Assembly: GCA_036351795.1 (NCBI GenBank) | Contig: JAZBPW010000125.1 | Coordinates: 27,171-91,170, forward strand | Source: Candidatus Zhuqueibacterota bacterium | GTDB taxonomy: Bacteria; Zhuqueibacterota; Zhuqueibacteria; Thermofontimicrobiales; Thiofontviventaceae | Direction of reading: 5' to 3' | Length of the DNA: 64,000 nt | Shown: positions 1 to 12,495 of the stretch, piece by piece | Layout: each line of letters starts with the position of its first letter | How positions within the stretch are numbered: the stretch's first letter is position 1 | Notes under the pieces: generated by a model | Database searches by the model: none | Seen by the model: only the letters and a program-made list of their open reading frames with translations | Told to the model about the DNA's origin: nothing | Position numbers and translations under genes: made by a program

Positions 1-435
1 TTCGTCTACGGCAAACTTTACAGCAAGATTTCCATAGCCATCATCCTTGATCAATTGCACCGGTATTTCACTCTCCGTGCCGTAGAAGTAATCGGTCAGC
101 TCCCACCTCCTGACAGTGGCGCCTTTCGTTGAGAAGACGGCTTTGTATTTACTCGTGTATATTTCTATATCCTCGCCGGTGCCGGTTGTCAGGTTACTTT
201 CAATCTGACTGGTCACATCATCACCGGCAGGTCCTGCCGTAGGAGACTGCATATCATCATCGGGTTTTTCTAGCGGCTTGACATCTTCAACAACTTTCTC
301 TTCAGATGGCATTTCCTGTTCGTATGTTGGCTCTACTTTTTCAAGACCCAACACCTTCTCTTTATAATAATCCGTTTGTGTGAAAACGAGAAGAGCGCCG
401 ATCAGTATAAATGCCAAAACAGTTCTTTTATCCAT
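1..435 (-). CDS. yidC: Membrane protein insertase YidC, 5' part (runs off the left edge)
   Basis: Not in the ORF track. Manual translation from the ATG at 435 gives MDKRTVLAFILIGALLVFTQTDYYKKKVLG..., open to base 1. YidC-like N-terminal TM segment and canonical position after rpmH-rnpA-yidD. Confidence 0.88.
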   Translation of the reverse strand, partial: MDKRTVLAFILIGALLVFTQTDYYKEKVLGLEKVEPTYEQEMPSEEKVVEDVKPLEKPDDDMQSPTAGPAGDDVTSQIESNLTTGTGEDIEIYTSKYKAVFSTKGATVRRWELTDYFYGTESEIPVQLIKDDGYGNLAVKFAVDE

Positions 436-454
436 GAGAATCCTTTACGATAAG

Positions 455-664
455 TCAATTTAACGGATCGTAACCACCCGCATTAAATGGATTACATCTC
501 AATATCCGCCATAGGGAAAGATACGTTCCTTTGATCACGCCATACTTTTTATATGCCTGTATTGCATAATTCGAACAACTCGGATAAAATCGGCATGTAG
601 GTGGAAACATCGGTGAAATGATTTTCTGGTATACTCTTATTATGAATATAAATACACTTTTCAT
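455..664 (-). CDS. yidD: Membrane protein insertion efficiency factor YidD
   Basis: [29 protein letters not shown]...[13 protein letters not shown] signature; synteny. Confidence 0.95.
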   Translation of the reverse strand: MKSVFIFIIRVYQKIISPMFPPTCRFYPSCSNYAIQAYKKYGVIKGTYLSLWRILRCNPFNAGGYDPLN

Positions 665-984
665 AATCGAATTTTTTCCAGGATTTCCTTTCTTAAATCT
701 GAAAACGTCATTTCATATTTTTTTGCAAGAAGAATCAAATGCCTTTTTTCAGGAAAATACTGTTTATTGTTTCTGTAGATTTCCTTCATCATTCTCTTGA
801 GTCGATTTCTCCGGACACTCCCTTTCACCCTCCTGGATACAGCAAACCCAATCTTAAAGTCTGCTGAGCTGACGTGGAGAATATCGATCAAGTCTCCCCT
901 TTTAAATTTTCCTTGTTTAAATATGAAGTTGAACTCTCGTTTATCAGATAATATTTCACTTTTTGAAAGTGAATTTTCCTTCAT
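661..984 (-). CDS. rnpA: Ribonuclease P protein component
   Basis: [21 protein letters not shown] (RNR motif); lies between rpmH and yidD. Confidence 0.93.
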   Translation of the reverse strand: MKENSLSKSEILSDKREFNFIFKQGKFKRGDLIDILHVSSADFKIGFAVSRRVKGSVRRNRLKRMMKEIYRNNKQYFPEKRHLILLAKKYEMTFSDLRKEILEKIRL

Positions 985-1001
985 AGTTCAAGCGGCTCAC
1001 A

Positions 1002-1145
1002 CTATTCGTCACTAACCGAAAGTTTTTTTCTTCCCTTGGCTCTTCTTCTTTTGAGTACCAGACGACCACTTTTGGTTTTCATTCTCTCTCTGAAACCATG
1101 TTTGTTCTTTCTTTTTTTATTGCTGGGTTGATATGTGCGCTTCAT
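1002..1145 (-). CDS. rpmH: 50S ribosomal protein L34
   Basis: Below the ORF-track cutoff. Manual translation: [50 protein letters not shown]. Confidence 0.97.
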   Translation of the reverse strand: MKRTYQPSNKKRKNKHGFRERMKTKSGRLVLKRRRAKGRKKLSVSDE

Positions 1146-1333
1146 TTAATTTTCCTTTTCCTTGATTTACTCTGATTGATTTTGTTTTATCCTAGAAAAT
1201 TATTAATAATTTACATCAAAGTCAAGTGATTTTTATTCGTAAGCAGTATAAAAAAATCTTTTTTTTTCTTTGGGATTTATTTTTGATTTTCGTAAATTGA
1301 GTTTCGATGCTAAAAATGTGCATATTTATAACA

Positions 1334-1559
1334 TGTTGATAACTTAATGTGACTGCCATTTTTATTATATTCAAATTTTCATGTATTCCGGGCGTCTGAG
1401 AACTAGCTTTAGTCAATTTATCTTTTATCTATTTGATTATATTTGGGTTATCTATATTTATAGATAAACATGGAAGTTAAAATATTTTTTTTATCATTAT
1501 CGCTTTTAACTTATTGAAATTTTTACCCGGATATAAGAATGTGGATAAATTGTGAATAA
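1334..1559. promoter_or_regulatory. DnaA boxes upstream of dnaA (autoregulation and/or oriC part 1)
   Basis: TGTGGATAA at 1540-1548 (=TTATCCACA), TGTGAATAA at 1551-1559 (=TTATTCACA), TGTTGATAA at 1334-1342 (one mismatch), in an AT-rich spacer. Confidence 0.8.
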
Positions 1560-1581
1560 ACTACCACCAGGGAGATAGATC

Positions 1582-2928
1582 ATGTCACGAAACATTGATG
1601 AAATATGGGGAGAAATCCTGGATCTTGTGAAGGCCGAAATGACGGAGCAAACGTTCACAACATGGTTCAACCCGATTGTACCTCTCAAGTTGAAAAATAC
1701 AACAATTACGATTCAGGTCCCGAACCAGTTTTTTTATGAATTCATCGATAAGCATTATGGAACTTTGCTTGAGAATGCAATAAAACAGGTCCTTGGCACC
1801 AAGTTTATTGCAGACTTTTCTGTGGCTGTGAATCAACAGGATGAGATTCCAAAAGATCTGTCAGTCAAAAAAATTCCTTCCGTTGAACTGGATGATAAGA
1901 GTCAATTAAATGAAAGATACATCTTTGAAAATTTTGTAGAAGGAAACAGCAATCAATTCGCAAAGGCAGCTTCCCTTGCCGTTGCCGAAGCTCCCGGAAA
2001 AACATCTTTTAATCCACTGGTCATTTACGGCGGCGTTGGATTGGGAAAAACACATCTGATTCAGGCAGTCGGCAATCACATAAGGATAAAAGACCCTAGT
2101 AAAAAGATTTTATATGTATCAAGTGAAAAGTTCACCATAGAATTCATCGAGTCCGTACAACGAAACAGAATGAAAGAATTCAGTAATATCTACAGGTTGG
2201 TTGATATTCTCATCGTCGATGATATTCATTTCTTCATCAATAAAGAAAGAACTCAAGAAGAATTTTTTCACACATTCAATACGTTGCATCATAAGGGGAA
2301 GCAGATCATCATGTCATCGGACAGACCTCCCAAAGATTTGAAAGGGATGGAGGAAAGGTTGTTGTCGCGATTTCAGTGGGGTCTGGTTGTGGATATTCAA
2401 CCACCTGATCTTGAGACAAGAATCGCCATCCTTCAGAAAAAAGCCGAGGAAAACGGGATTGAGCTGGAGAATGATATTGTGGAATTATTTGCACAAAATA
2501 TTATTTCAAATATAAGAGAGCTTGAAGGCGCATTGATTCGTCTTCTTGCAAAATCTTCGCTTGATTCACAGGACATCAACATGGATCTTGCCAAAGGAGT
2601 GCTTAAAGATCTTCGATTGAACAAAAAGCAAAACCTCAGTATTGAAGAGATGCAGCGGATTGTAGCAGCTCATTTTGGAATTCCGGAGGACATGCTTCGG
2701 GCGAAAACCAGAAAAAAAGAGATCGTATATGCAAGGCAAGTGTGTATGTTTCTCTCTAAATATTATACCAAGCACTCTCTCAAGACAATCGGATTGCATT
2801 TTGGAGGGAGAGATCACAGCACTGTGATCCATGCAAATCATACAATTGAAGAGCTTGTCAAATCGGATAAACAGGTTAAAGAAGATATCAATGCGTTGAA
2901 AAGAAAAATTGAAATTGCAAGTTTGTAG
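1582..2928 (+). CDS. dnaA: Chromosomal replication initiator DnaA
   Basis: FNPLVIYGGVGLGKTHL Walker A, QEEFFHTFN, RLLSRFQWGL, domain IV FGGRDHSTVIHA. Confidence 0.99.
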   Translation: MSRNIDEIWGEILDLVKAEMTEQTFTTWFNPIVPLKLKNTTITIQVPNQFFYEFIDKHYGTLLENAIKQVLGTKFIADFSVAVNQQDEIPKDLSVKKIPSVELDDKSQLNERYIFENFVEGNSNQFAKAASLAVAEAPGKTSFNPLVIYGGVGLGKTHLIQAVGNHIRIKDPSKKILYVSSEKFTIEFIESVQRNRMKEFSNIYRLVDILIVDDIHFFINKERTQEEFFHTFNTLHHKGKQIIMSSDRPPKDLKGMEERLLSRFQWGLVVDIQPPDLETRIAILQKKAEENGIELENDIVELFAQNIISNIRELEGALIRLLAKSSLDSQDINMDLAKGVLKDLRLNKKQNLSIEEMQRIVAAHFGIPEDMLRAKTRKKEIVYARQVCMFLSKYYTKHSLKTIGLHFGGRDHSTVIHANHTIEELVKSDKQVKEDINALKRKIEIASL

Positions 2929-3337
2929 AAGTCCGCTGAGTTATGCACATACATAAATGAAACACATTGTTCATTTTAAATAAAAACAAATAATTAATTC
3001 TCTAATTTTATTCACACTGACATGTTATTATTGTGGATATCGTGTGTACCAAATGTTAATAACTTGATAATTTAAAAATTGGCGTATTTACCATGTCAAT
3101 AATAATAATCTTATCAACATCTATCCAACAGACTGCCGATATATTTATGTGTCCCTATTTCGCTTTTTTTTAAACATTTATAAATTTTTTCAACAAAGTT
3201 TTCAACATATCCACATTACTATAGACTACTAATTCTATAAATATATTATTTAATTTTTATTGATATATTATCAAATTTTTATTATATTGTATGGATGTTC
3301 TTAATATAATTATTCATATTATGATTGGGAGCTCATC
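2929..3337. other. Putative replication origin oriC (dnaA-dnaN intergenic region)
   Basis: Very AT-rich. Boxes TTATGCACA 2941-2949, TTATTCACA 3008-3016, TGTGGATAT 3032-3040, TTATCAACA 3111-3119, and tandem TTTTCAACA/ATATCCACA 3199-3215 followed by a TAC/CTA-rich trio-like stretch and an AT-rich run. Confidence 0.85.
3260..3288 (+). promoter_or_regulatory. Candidate sigma70 promoter for dnaN
   Basis: TTGATA (3260-3265)-N17-TATATT (3283-3288); the AT-rich context raises the chance of a random match. Confidence 0.45.
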
Positions 3338-4471
3338 ATGAACTTCACAATTTCAAAAAATGATTTCTATAAAAGCCTGCAAAAAGTTATTGGTGTTATT
3401 CCTTCCAAAACAACGATTCCGATTCTGGAAAATGTTCTTCTCGAGTTGAAAGAGGAAAAACTGCATCTGACCGGTACAGACCTCGAGATATGCGTTTCCA
3501 CAGAGATCAAAGTCAATGGTGTTCAAACCGGTACTTGTACAGTGCCTGCAAAAGCATTAAATGATATTTTAAGAGAATTGCCGGATGTCCCTATCGAGAT
3601 CACGTTGGATGGAAATAACATGCTGCACCTTAAAACCGAGAAGGGGTTGTACAAATTAGTTGCACAGCCCAAAGATGAATTCCCGAGCATCGTTGTTGAA
3701 GAGAGCGAAGGCAAATTGGAGATGGAGAGCAGTTCACTTTCCCGGTTGATCGATAAAACAATTTTCGCTGTATCCAGTGATGAATTACGTCCAACCTTGA
3801 TGGGGGTATATTTCCAGCTTCTGGAGGATGAATTAAGATGTGTCGCTACTGATGGCCATCGTCTTGTAAAGCTGTCGAACAGGAATTATAAATCGGAAGA
3901 ATTTCAGAAAAGCGTAATTGTCCCCACGAAAGCACTTTCACTGGTTCATAAAAATATAGATTCCCTTCCTAATAAAGATGAAAAAATGGTGAGTTTCTCA
4001 GTTGGTGAAAATCATGTGATATTCAGGATGTACGATACATTTATCTATTCGAAAATCATAGAAGGAAATTATCCGAAATATGAAAATGTGATTCCAATGA
4101 ACAATGACAAAAAACTGGTTGTCAACCGAGATGACCTGGCTGCTTCTGTGAAACGTGTGGCCATATTTTCAAATTTATTAACACATCAGATCAAATTTCA
4201 TGTTGAAGATAATAGAATGGTTGTATCCTCTGAAGATATTGAATTTGGCGGAGAAGGTAGTGAAGAGATCGCAGTGAAGTTCGACCATGAGAGTATGGAG
4301 ATAGGATATAACGCCATGTATATTCTTGATGTCCTCAGGCATTTGGATACTGATGAAGTTCACATCAAGCTGAGCGATGCGGTGAGCGCGGCAATTGTCT
4401 ATCCGTCGACTCAGCAGGAAAACGAAGATTTGATGATGCTGATTATGCCCATCCGGCTTAATGAGCAGTGA
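3338..4471 (+). CDS. dnaN: DNA polymerase III beta clamp
   Basis: LHLTGTDLEI, VATDGHRL, IEGNYPKYENVIP, IGYNAMYILDVL, LIMPIRL. Confidence 0.98.
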   Translation: MNFTISKNDFYKSLQKVIGVIPSKTTIPILENVLLELKEEKLHLTGTDLEICVSTEIKVNGVQTGTCTVPAKALNDILRELPDVPIEITLDGNNMLHLKTEKGLYKLVAQPKDEFPSIVVEESEGKLEMESSSLSRLIDKTIFAVSSDELRPTLMGVYFQLLEDELRCVATDGHRLVKLSNRNYKSEEFQKSVIVPTKALSLVHKNIDSLPNKDEKMVSFSVGENHVIFRMYDTFIYSKIIEGNYPKYENVIPMNNDKKLVVNRDDLAASVKRVAIFSNLLTHQIKFHVEDNRMVVSSEDIEFGGEGSEEIAVKFDHESMEIGYNAMYILDVLRHLDTDEVHIKLSDAVSAAIVYPSTQQENEDLMMLIMPIRLNEQ

Positions 4472-4519
4472 TACCATAAAAGTTAAAAGAGATACAGAGA
4501 AAATAGAACTGGTACTTTC

Positions 4520-5641
4520 ATGATCTTGCGTTCTCTTGAGCTACTCAGATTTAGAAATTATTCAAATGAACGCGTTCAGTTTGATGATCAAAGAAATATT
4601 TTTTGCGGCAAGAATGCACAGGGCAAATCAAATATACTCGAGGCCATTTATGTGCTCTGTATTTCAAGATCTTTCAGAACCAGATTTGAGAGAGAAGCGA
4701 TACAGTTTAAGGAACATGACTGCAGTGTTCGTGGTGAGTTTGTTCTGGATAGCGGCAGAACCAGGAATGTCGTTTTCTACTTCAATAGAAAGGAAGGAAA
4801 GCAGGTCAGCATCGATCGCAAGCGGATAACGCGAATGTCTGATTATATTGGACAGTTTCCAGTGGTTCTTTCATCACCGGAAGAGTATGATCTGACATCC
4901 GGTCCGCCCGCATCGAGAAGAAGGTTCATGGATATACTGTTTTCTCAATTGAGTACCAACTATCTCCATGAACTTCAGGACTATCTGCAGGTACTGAAAC
5001 AGCGCAATGCCATATTGAATGATGCGAAGTACAATCGACGCAATGTATCAGCAACGATAGAACCATGGAACGATTCACTGATTGAGAAGGGAAGCAGGAT
5101 CATCTGGAATAGATTAGCGTTTTCCGATCAGATCAATACTTTGGTGGGGTCGATATATTCACAGTTGTCCAATAATGATGAAAGACTACATTTTTCCTAT
5201 AGCAACTTCACAGGTATTGCTGAATTTGAAGAGTTAAGAGAAGCTTACATTGAAAGACTTTTGTCGAACCATCAGCAGGAAATAGAGCATGGAAAAACAT
5301 TGACAGGGCCTCATCGCGATGATTATATTTTTACAATCGATGGGAAGAATCTGAGAAAATACGGATCGAGGGGACAACATAAAACTGTTTTAATCGCTCT
5401 GATGATTGCTGAGTATAAAATGATTAAGGATAAAAAAAAGGAGACCCCCCTTATTCTTGTAGATGATCTATTTTCTGAACTGGATAAAACCAGGGAAGAG
5501 AAGATCATTCAATATCTTCAGAATATGGGACAGAATTTTTTAACGACGACACTGCCGGTGAAGGAATCGATTCATTATACAGGAATGAACAATATAACAC
5601 ACTTTGAAGTTAAAAACGGGTTATTAGAAAAGTCGATATGA
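4520..5641 (+). CDS. recF: DNA replication/repair protein RecF
   Basis: FRNY, GKNAQGKSNILEAI, GPPASRRRFMD, GPHRDD, GSRGQHK, LILVDDLFSELD. Confidence 0.97.
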   Translation: MILRSLELLRFRNYSNERVQFDDQRNIFCGKNAQGKSNILEAIYVLCISRSFRTRFEREAIQFKEHDCSVRGEFVLDSGRTRNVVFYFNRKEGKQVSIDRKRITRMSDYIGQFPVVLSSPEEYDLTSGPPASRRRFMDILFSQLSTNYLHELQDYLQVLKQRNAILNDAKYNRRNVSATIEPWNDSLIEKGSRIIWNRLAFSDQINTLVGSIYSQLSNNDERLHFSYSNFTGIAEFEELREAYIERLLSNHQQEIEHGKTLTGPHRDDYIFTIDGKNLRKYGSRGQHKTVLIALMIAEYKMIKDKKKETPLILVDDLFSELDKTREEKIIQYLQNMGQNFLTTTLPVKESIHYTGMNNITHFEVKNGLLEKSI

Positions 5642-5919
5642 AATACCAGAATTTGGGTAGTGTCATTGATCAATTACTGAAGAATCTTGGAATTGAAGAT
5701 CAGGTTCTTGAACATCAGGCAATTGCACTCTGGGATGAGATTGCCGGAAATAATATTTCAAAGAATACCAAAGCAATTCGAATTGAGGACGGTGTATTAT
5801 TTGTCCGGGTGACAAGTGATGCATGGAAAAATGAATTGCTTTTTTATAAACCGGAATTGATTCAGAAACTGAATGAGAAAATTGGTAAAAGTATTGTAAG
5901 AGATATTTATCTGGTTTAA
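5638..5919 (+). CDS. DUF721 / DciA-family protein (putative helicase loader)
   Basis: W.EIAG.NISKNTKA..IEDGVLFVRVTSDAWKNEL pattern; typical recF-DUF721-gyrB position. Confidence 0.8.
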   Translation: MKYQNLGSVIDQLLKNLGIEDQVLEHQAIALWDEIAGNNISKNTKAIRIEDGVLFVRVTSDAWKNELLFYKPELIQKLNEKIGKSIVRDIYLV

Positions 5920-6005
5920 TATGCGGGGCCTCTCTATTTTCCTTACCACCTCAGTCAATTCTTTTTTTATGAAGATTTCGGGACAGGTTTTGATTTACCA
6001 TATGA

Positions 6006-7940
<1,935 letters not shown>

Positions 7941-7958
7941 TATAGAGAGCAGAGCACA

Positions 7959-10394
7959 ATGGAAATAAGGCGAGAAAGAGTTCTACCGATATTAATTGAA
8001 GAGGAAATGAAAAAATCGTACATCGATTATTCGATGTCGGTGATTGTTTCACGTGCGCTTCCTGATGTGAGAGATGGCATGAAACCGGTTCACAGGCGCG
8101 TGCTTTACGGCATGCATGGTCTTGGACTTAGACCCAACAGCGCATATAAGAAAAGTGCGAGAATTGTGGGCGAGGTCTTGGGAAAATACCACCCGCATGG
8201 TGATTCAGCAGTATATGATACAATGGTCAGAATGGTTCAGGATTTTTCTTTGCGCTATCCACTTGTCGATGGCCAGGGAAATTTTGGATCAGTTGATGGC
8301 GATTCTCCTGCGGCAATGCGTTACACTGAAGCCCGTCTGTCGAAGATTGCCGAAGAATTGCTGCGCGACTTGGATAAGGAAACAGTTGATTTCGTTCCCA
8401 ATTTCGATGAATCTTTGAACGAACCGGTTGTACTTCCGTCTGTGCTGCCAAATTTGCTGGTGAATGGTTCCTCTGGTATTGCAGTTGGTATGGCGACAAA
8501 TATCCCGCCGCATAATCTTGGCGAGGTTGTGGATGCTCTGATCAAATTGATCGAGAAGCCGAATGCGTCAGTGGAAGTGCTGATGGAGCAGGTGAGAGGG
8601 CCAGATTTTCCAACCGGAGCCATCATCTATGGCGAGGAAGGAATAGACGAAGCATATAAATCGGGAAGAGGACGAATACTTCTTCGAGCCAGAGCAAACA
8701 TAGAAAATGTGCGCGGCGGACGACAGAATATTATCGTATCGGAATTGCCTTATCAGGTCAATAAAGCAAATTTAATAGCGAAAATAGCAGATCTGGTCAA
8801 TTCGAAAAAGATTGAAGGGATACCGGAAGTTCGTGACGAATCAGATAAAGATGGTATGAGAATCGTCATTGAGTTAAAAAGGGATGCAAACGCGAATGTG
8901 GTTTTAAATCAACTTTACAGACATACGCAGATGCAGGTGACTTTTGGCGTTATCATGCTCGCATTGGTGGATGGCGTGCCAAAGGTACTCAATTTGAAAC
9001 AGGTGCTTCAGCACTTCATCGATTTTAGACATGAGATCGTAATACGACGCACGAAGTTCGACCTGGACAAGGCTGAAAAGCGAGCCCATATACTCGAAGG
9101 GTTGAAAATTGCTCTCGATCATATCGATGCAATTATTGCGTTGATAAAAAAATCGAAAAATGTGGAGAATGCGCGAACAAACTTGATGAAACAGTTCAAA
9201 CTGTCGGAGATCCAGGCCCAGGCTATTCTGGATATGCGTCTTCAGAGATTAACGGGCTTGGAACGCAAGAAAATTGAAGACGAGTACCTAGCGACGATCA
9301 AGCTGATCGCAAAATTGAAATCCATTCTCGAGAGCCGCTCCAAGCGAATGCAGATCATCAAGGAAGAATTGTTTGAAATAAAAGAGAAATATGGTGATTC
9401 AAGAAAGACGGAGATCATTAAGAACGTCGAGGAGTTTTCAATTGAGGATATGATTGCCGAGGAGGATATGGTAATAACCATATCCAGAAGCGGTTTTATA
9501 AAGAGATTTCCAGTCTCTGGTTACAGACGGCAAAACCGTGGAGGAACAGGAAGCACGGGTGCTTCGACAAAAGCGGAAGATTTCATCGAACACCTGTTCA
9601 TAGCATCGACACATCACTATCTGCTCTTTTTCACGGATAAAGGAAAGTGTTACTGGCTGAAGGTGTACGAAATTCCCCAGGCTGGAAAAGGGGCTAAAGG
9701 CAGGGCAATCATAAATCTGATAAATATAAGCAAGGGCGAGAACATTGCTGCGATACTCAATGTGTCAAGTTTTGATGATCAACATTATATCGTGATGGCG
9801 ACGCAAAAGGGGCTCATCAAGAAAACAGTGCTTTCGGCATATGGTAATCCTCGAAAAGGGGGAATAAACGCGATCAATATCAGATCAGAAGATGATCTGA
9901 TAGGTGCCAAATTAACGGATGGGTCTCAGGAAATTGTTCTTGGAACGCGGAATGGGCAGGCAATACGTTTTTTGGAGACTGATGTCCGCGATATGGGGCG
10001 TACTGCGACAGGAGTCAACGGTATCAATTTATCGAAAGACGATGTTGTAATCGGTATGGTGACAGTCAAAAAAAGCAGTTCCTTGCTGGTAGTCACAGAA
10101 AAGGGATATGGCAAGAGAACGCCAGTTGAAGAGTATCGTATTACGCGCCGGGGCGGCAAGGGTATTTTGACGATGAAAACGACGGATCGTGTCGGCAAGA
10201 TGATTGCGATTAAGGAAGTGATAGATGATGATGATTTGATGCTCATAACGAAAAGCGGTGTTGTTATACGACAGAGTGTGGGGAAGATACGTAAAATTGG
10301 AAGGGCGACACAAGGCGTGAGATTGATAAAACTTCATGAAGAAGATTCACTGGCAGATGTTGCGCGGATCGTAAAAGATGAACAGGAAAACTGA
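7959..10394 (+). CDS. gyrA: DNA gyrase subunit A
   Basis: [40 protein letters not shown], GyrA-box-like QNRGGTG and C-terminal pinwheel blades. Confidence 0.98.
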   Translation: MEIRRERVLPILIEEEMKKSYIDYSMSVIVSRALPDVRDGMKPVHRRVLYGMHGLGLRPNSAYKKSARIVGEVLGKYHPHGDSAVYDTMVRMVQDFSLRYPLVDGQGNFGSVDGDSPAAMRYTEARLSKIAEELLRDLDKETVDFVPNFDESLNEPVVLPSVLPNLLVNGSSGIAVGMATNIPPHNLGEVVDALIKLIEKPNASVEVLMEQVRGPDFPTGAIIYGEEGIDEAYKSGRGRILLRARANIENVRGGRQNIIVSELPYQVNKANLIAKIADLVNSKKIEGIPEVRDESDKDGMRIVIELKRDANANVVLNQLYRHTQMQVTFGVIMLALVDGVPKVLNLKQVLQHFIDFRHEIVIRRTKFDLDKAEKRAHILEGLKIALDHIDAIIALIKKSKNVENARTNLMKQFKLSEIQAQAILDMRLQRLTGLERKKIEDEYLATIKLIAKLKSILESRSKRMQIIKEELFEIKEKYGDSRKTEIIKNVEEFSIEDMIAEEDMVITISRSGFIKRFPVSGYRRQNRGGTGSTGASTKAEDFIEHLFIASTHHYLLFFTDKGKCYWLKVYEIPQAGKGAKGRAIINLINISKGENIAAILNVSSFDDQHYIVMATQKGLIKKTVLSAYGNPRKGGINAINIRSEDDLIGAKLTDGSQEIVLGTRNGQAIRFLETDVRDMGRTATGVNGINLSKDDVVIGMVTVKKSSSLLVVTEKGYGKRTPVEEYRITRRGGKGILTMKTTDRVGKMIAIKEVIDDDDLMLITKSGVVIRQSVGKIRKIGRATQGVRLIKLHEEDSLADVARIVKDEQEN

Positions 10395-10435
10395 TCTATC
10401 AGCAGACGAGTATCTATTTTCACAGGGGATGCATC

Positions 10436-11689
10436 ATGGATTTTACAACAGGAGAAAAACACAAGAAGGAATTGGCAGAGATACTGGAGAAGCGATTAGT
10501 CAAAGAGAAAAATACAGTCATTTACAAAGAACTCATAGAGGATAATTTACCATCCTTTTTCAAAAATTTTATTCAGAACAGGGTTCGAAAATTATTTCAT
10601 ACCGATGAACCCTTGCAAATCAAATACTCGAATCGATACGATTTCAATTACGAACGTATCAAAGAATTAAAAGCAAAGCTTCAGGAGGCGTTTGAGGAGG
10701 CGACTATTTTCTCCAAAGATGACCTCAAGGACATCATCGAGAGAACGGTATCACTTCAGTTTGATTTGCTGGTAAACCCACAAGATACATTACTGAATAT
10801 TTTTTACAAGAATAAATCCGAAAGAACGCAAACTGAAATCCTGCAGATTCTAGGCAATTTGGAGGATACAAGACTGTATACACAGCGACTGATCGACGAA
10901 ATAAAGGATTTCGATCATTTTCATATTGTGAAAGAAGATTTTAATAGTATATCGAAAAAAATTGCAGAAGATATATATGAGAATGAACTGACGAAGTCTT
11001 TCATTTCGGATGTAGAAGCCTATATCGATTTTCAAAATGTCATTGCTCAAAGCACAGAGAATGAGATAGGTTTGGATGTGCTCGGATTGCTTCTGAATGA
11101 AAGAGATCTCGAGAAATATGCGGATGCATTTGATCAGAAGTCGAATAAAGAAAAATTGGGTGTGAATGAGATCTATTCATTACTCAAAGATTATTCTGAA
11201 AAAGTATCGGAAAATTATATTGAACATGTTGAAGATGAAATAGAAGAATTCATCGTCTCCAGCGTTCAGACAAATGGATCCGATGATTCTGAAGAAGAAG
11301 AAGTCACTGTGGTAGAGGACGAATCTGAGAGTGCAGCAACTCCAGAGGAAAAAAGTGAAAAGCATCATCCAAAAATATTGTTCGGCAAGGAACCTCAGGA
11401 CTTTATTATCGATAAAAGTATTATAGAACATCAGCCGGATGTACAGTTACAGCCTCTGGATGTAATCTTTGATGACAAGAGCAAAAGGCTCATAGAAAGA
11501 AAAATTTTCAATAGAGACAGCGAAGCATTTGAAAATTTTCTGAATAAGCTGGAAGCTGTCGATAACTGGAAAGAGGCGAAGAAAATTATCGACAAGGAAT
11601 TAATGATTCGATCCATTCAACCATTTTCCAGAGAGGCTCTCAAACTGGGGGACCTGTTGTTCATCCGGTATTTCCCGGAAAAAAATTAA
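10436..11689 (+). CDS. Hypothetical acidic helical protein
   Basis: 417-aa ORF with an upstream GGGGA RBS-like site, an acidic linker and no recognisable catalytic motif. Confidence 0.8.
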   Translation: MDFTTGEKHKKELAEILEKRLVKEKNTVIYKELIEDNLPSFFKNFIQNRVRKLFHTDEPLQIKYSNRYDFNYERIKELKAKLQEAFEEATIFSKDDLKDIIERTVSLQFDLLVNPQDTLLNIFYKNKSERTQTEILQILGNLEDTRLYTQRLIDEIKDFDHFHIVKEDFNSISKKIAEDIYENELTKSFISDVEAYIDFQNVIAQSTENEIGLDVLGLLLNERDLEKYADAFDQKSNKEKLGVNEIYSLLKDYSEKVSENYIEHVEDEIEEFIVSSVQTNGSDDSEEEEVTVVEDESESAATPEEKSEKHHPKILFGKEPQDFIIDKSIIEHQPDVQLQPLDVIFDDKSKRLIERKIFNRDSEAFENFLNKLEAVDNWKEAKKIIDKELMIRSIQPFSREALKLGDLLFIRYFPEKN

Positions 11690-11701
11690 GCAGAGGTCAT
11701 C

Positions 11702-12463
11702 ATGAAAGTGAACAAAATATTTTTGGTACCCCTGATTCTTTTGATCGTTGGTACAAGCGCTGGACTGCTTTCGCAGCAGCCTGACAGCACCGACAAGAAA
11801 GGACTGGTCACCTATACGAATGGCAGAGTGAAGAAAAAGCAGATGGAAAAGGATGACTGGATCAATGCCGAGAAGAATACACCGGTAAATTCCGGCGAAC
11901 AGGTGAGAACCTATAAGAAATCCAGGGCTGAACTGGAACTGCTGCAGCTCGATATCATTCGCATGGCACCTGAAACGACCATTGATATAGTTAAATTGTA
12001 TGAAGAGACAAAGGATAAAGTCAAAGAGACAAAGCTTAATCTTCAGCAGGGTGATATCTGGGCAAAGCTGTCGGAAAAGAATTCAAAGATGACGTTCGAT
12101 ATCACAACGCCGGTGGCAGCTGCGGCCATCACTGGTACTGTATTGAGAATGGGAGTTGCTGAAGATTCGACGACTGAGTTGAAGGTATACAAGGGAGAAG
12201 TGAGAGTATCCAATGCCGTGACGCAACCTGTCAAATCACAGTTGGGTATTGGAAAACCGATGGAAGTTCCCGGACCGCACGAAGTACCCGGACCGAGGGA
12301 AGTCACGGTCGAGGAATGGTATTTTATCATTAAGGAAATGCAGAAAATTTCCATTTCAAAGAGCGGTGTTGTCCAGTATGTCGGAGAATTTCAATTAAAT
12401 GATGCAGATGAACAGACAGATTGGGTGAAGTGGAATTTATATAGAGAAAATTATTTCAGGTAG
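11702..12463 (+). CDS. Secreted FecR-domain protein
   Basis: Signal peptide; SGEQVRTYKKSRAELEL, LNLQQGDIWAKL, FDITTPVAAAAITGT, ELKVYKGEVRV match the FecR pattern. Confidence 0.75.
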   Translation: MKVNKIFLVPLILLIVGTSAGLLSQQPDSTDKKGLVTYTNGRVKKKQMEKDDWINAEKNTPVNSGEQVRTYKKSRAELELLQLDIIRMAPETTIDIVKLYEETKDKVKETKLNLQQGDIWAKLSEKNSKMTFDITTPVAAAAITGTVLRMGVAEDSTTELKVYKGEVRVSNAVTQPVKSQLGIGKPMEVPGPHEVPGPREVTVEEWYFIIKEMQKISISKSGVVQYVGEFQLNDADEQTDWVKWNLYRENYFR

Positions 12464-12495
12464 AATTTTCACTGAATAATTTTTGACATAGTCAG

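Noticed and set aside
9526-9552. GyrA-box reading QNRGGTG instead of QRRGGKG
   Set aside because: Within the variation seen among gyrases; the partner gyrB and origin-proximal location support an ordinary gyrase.
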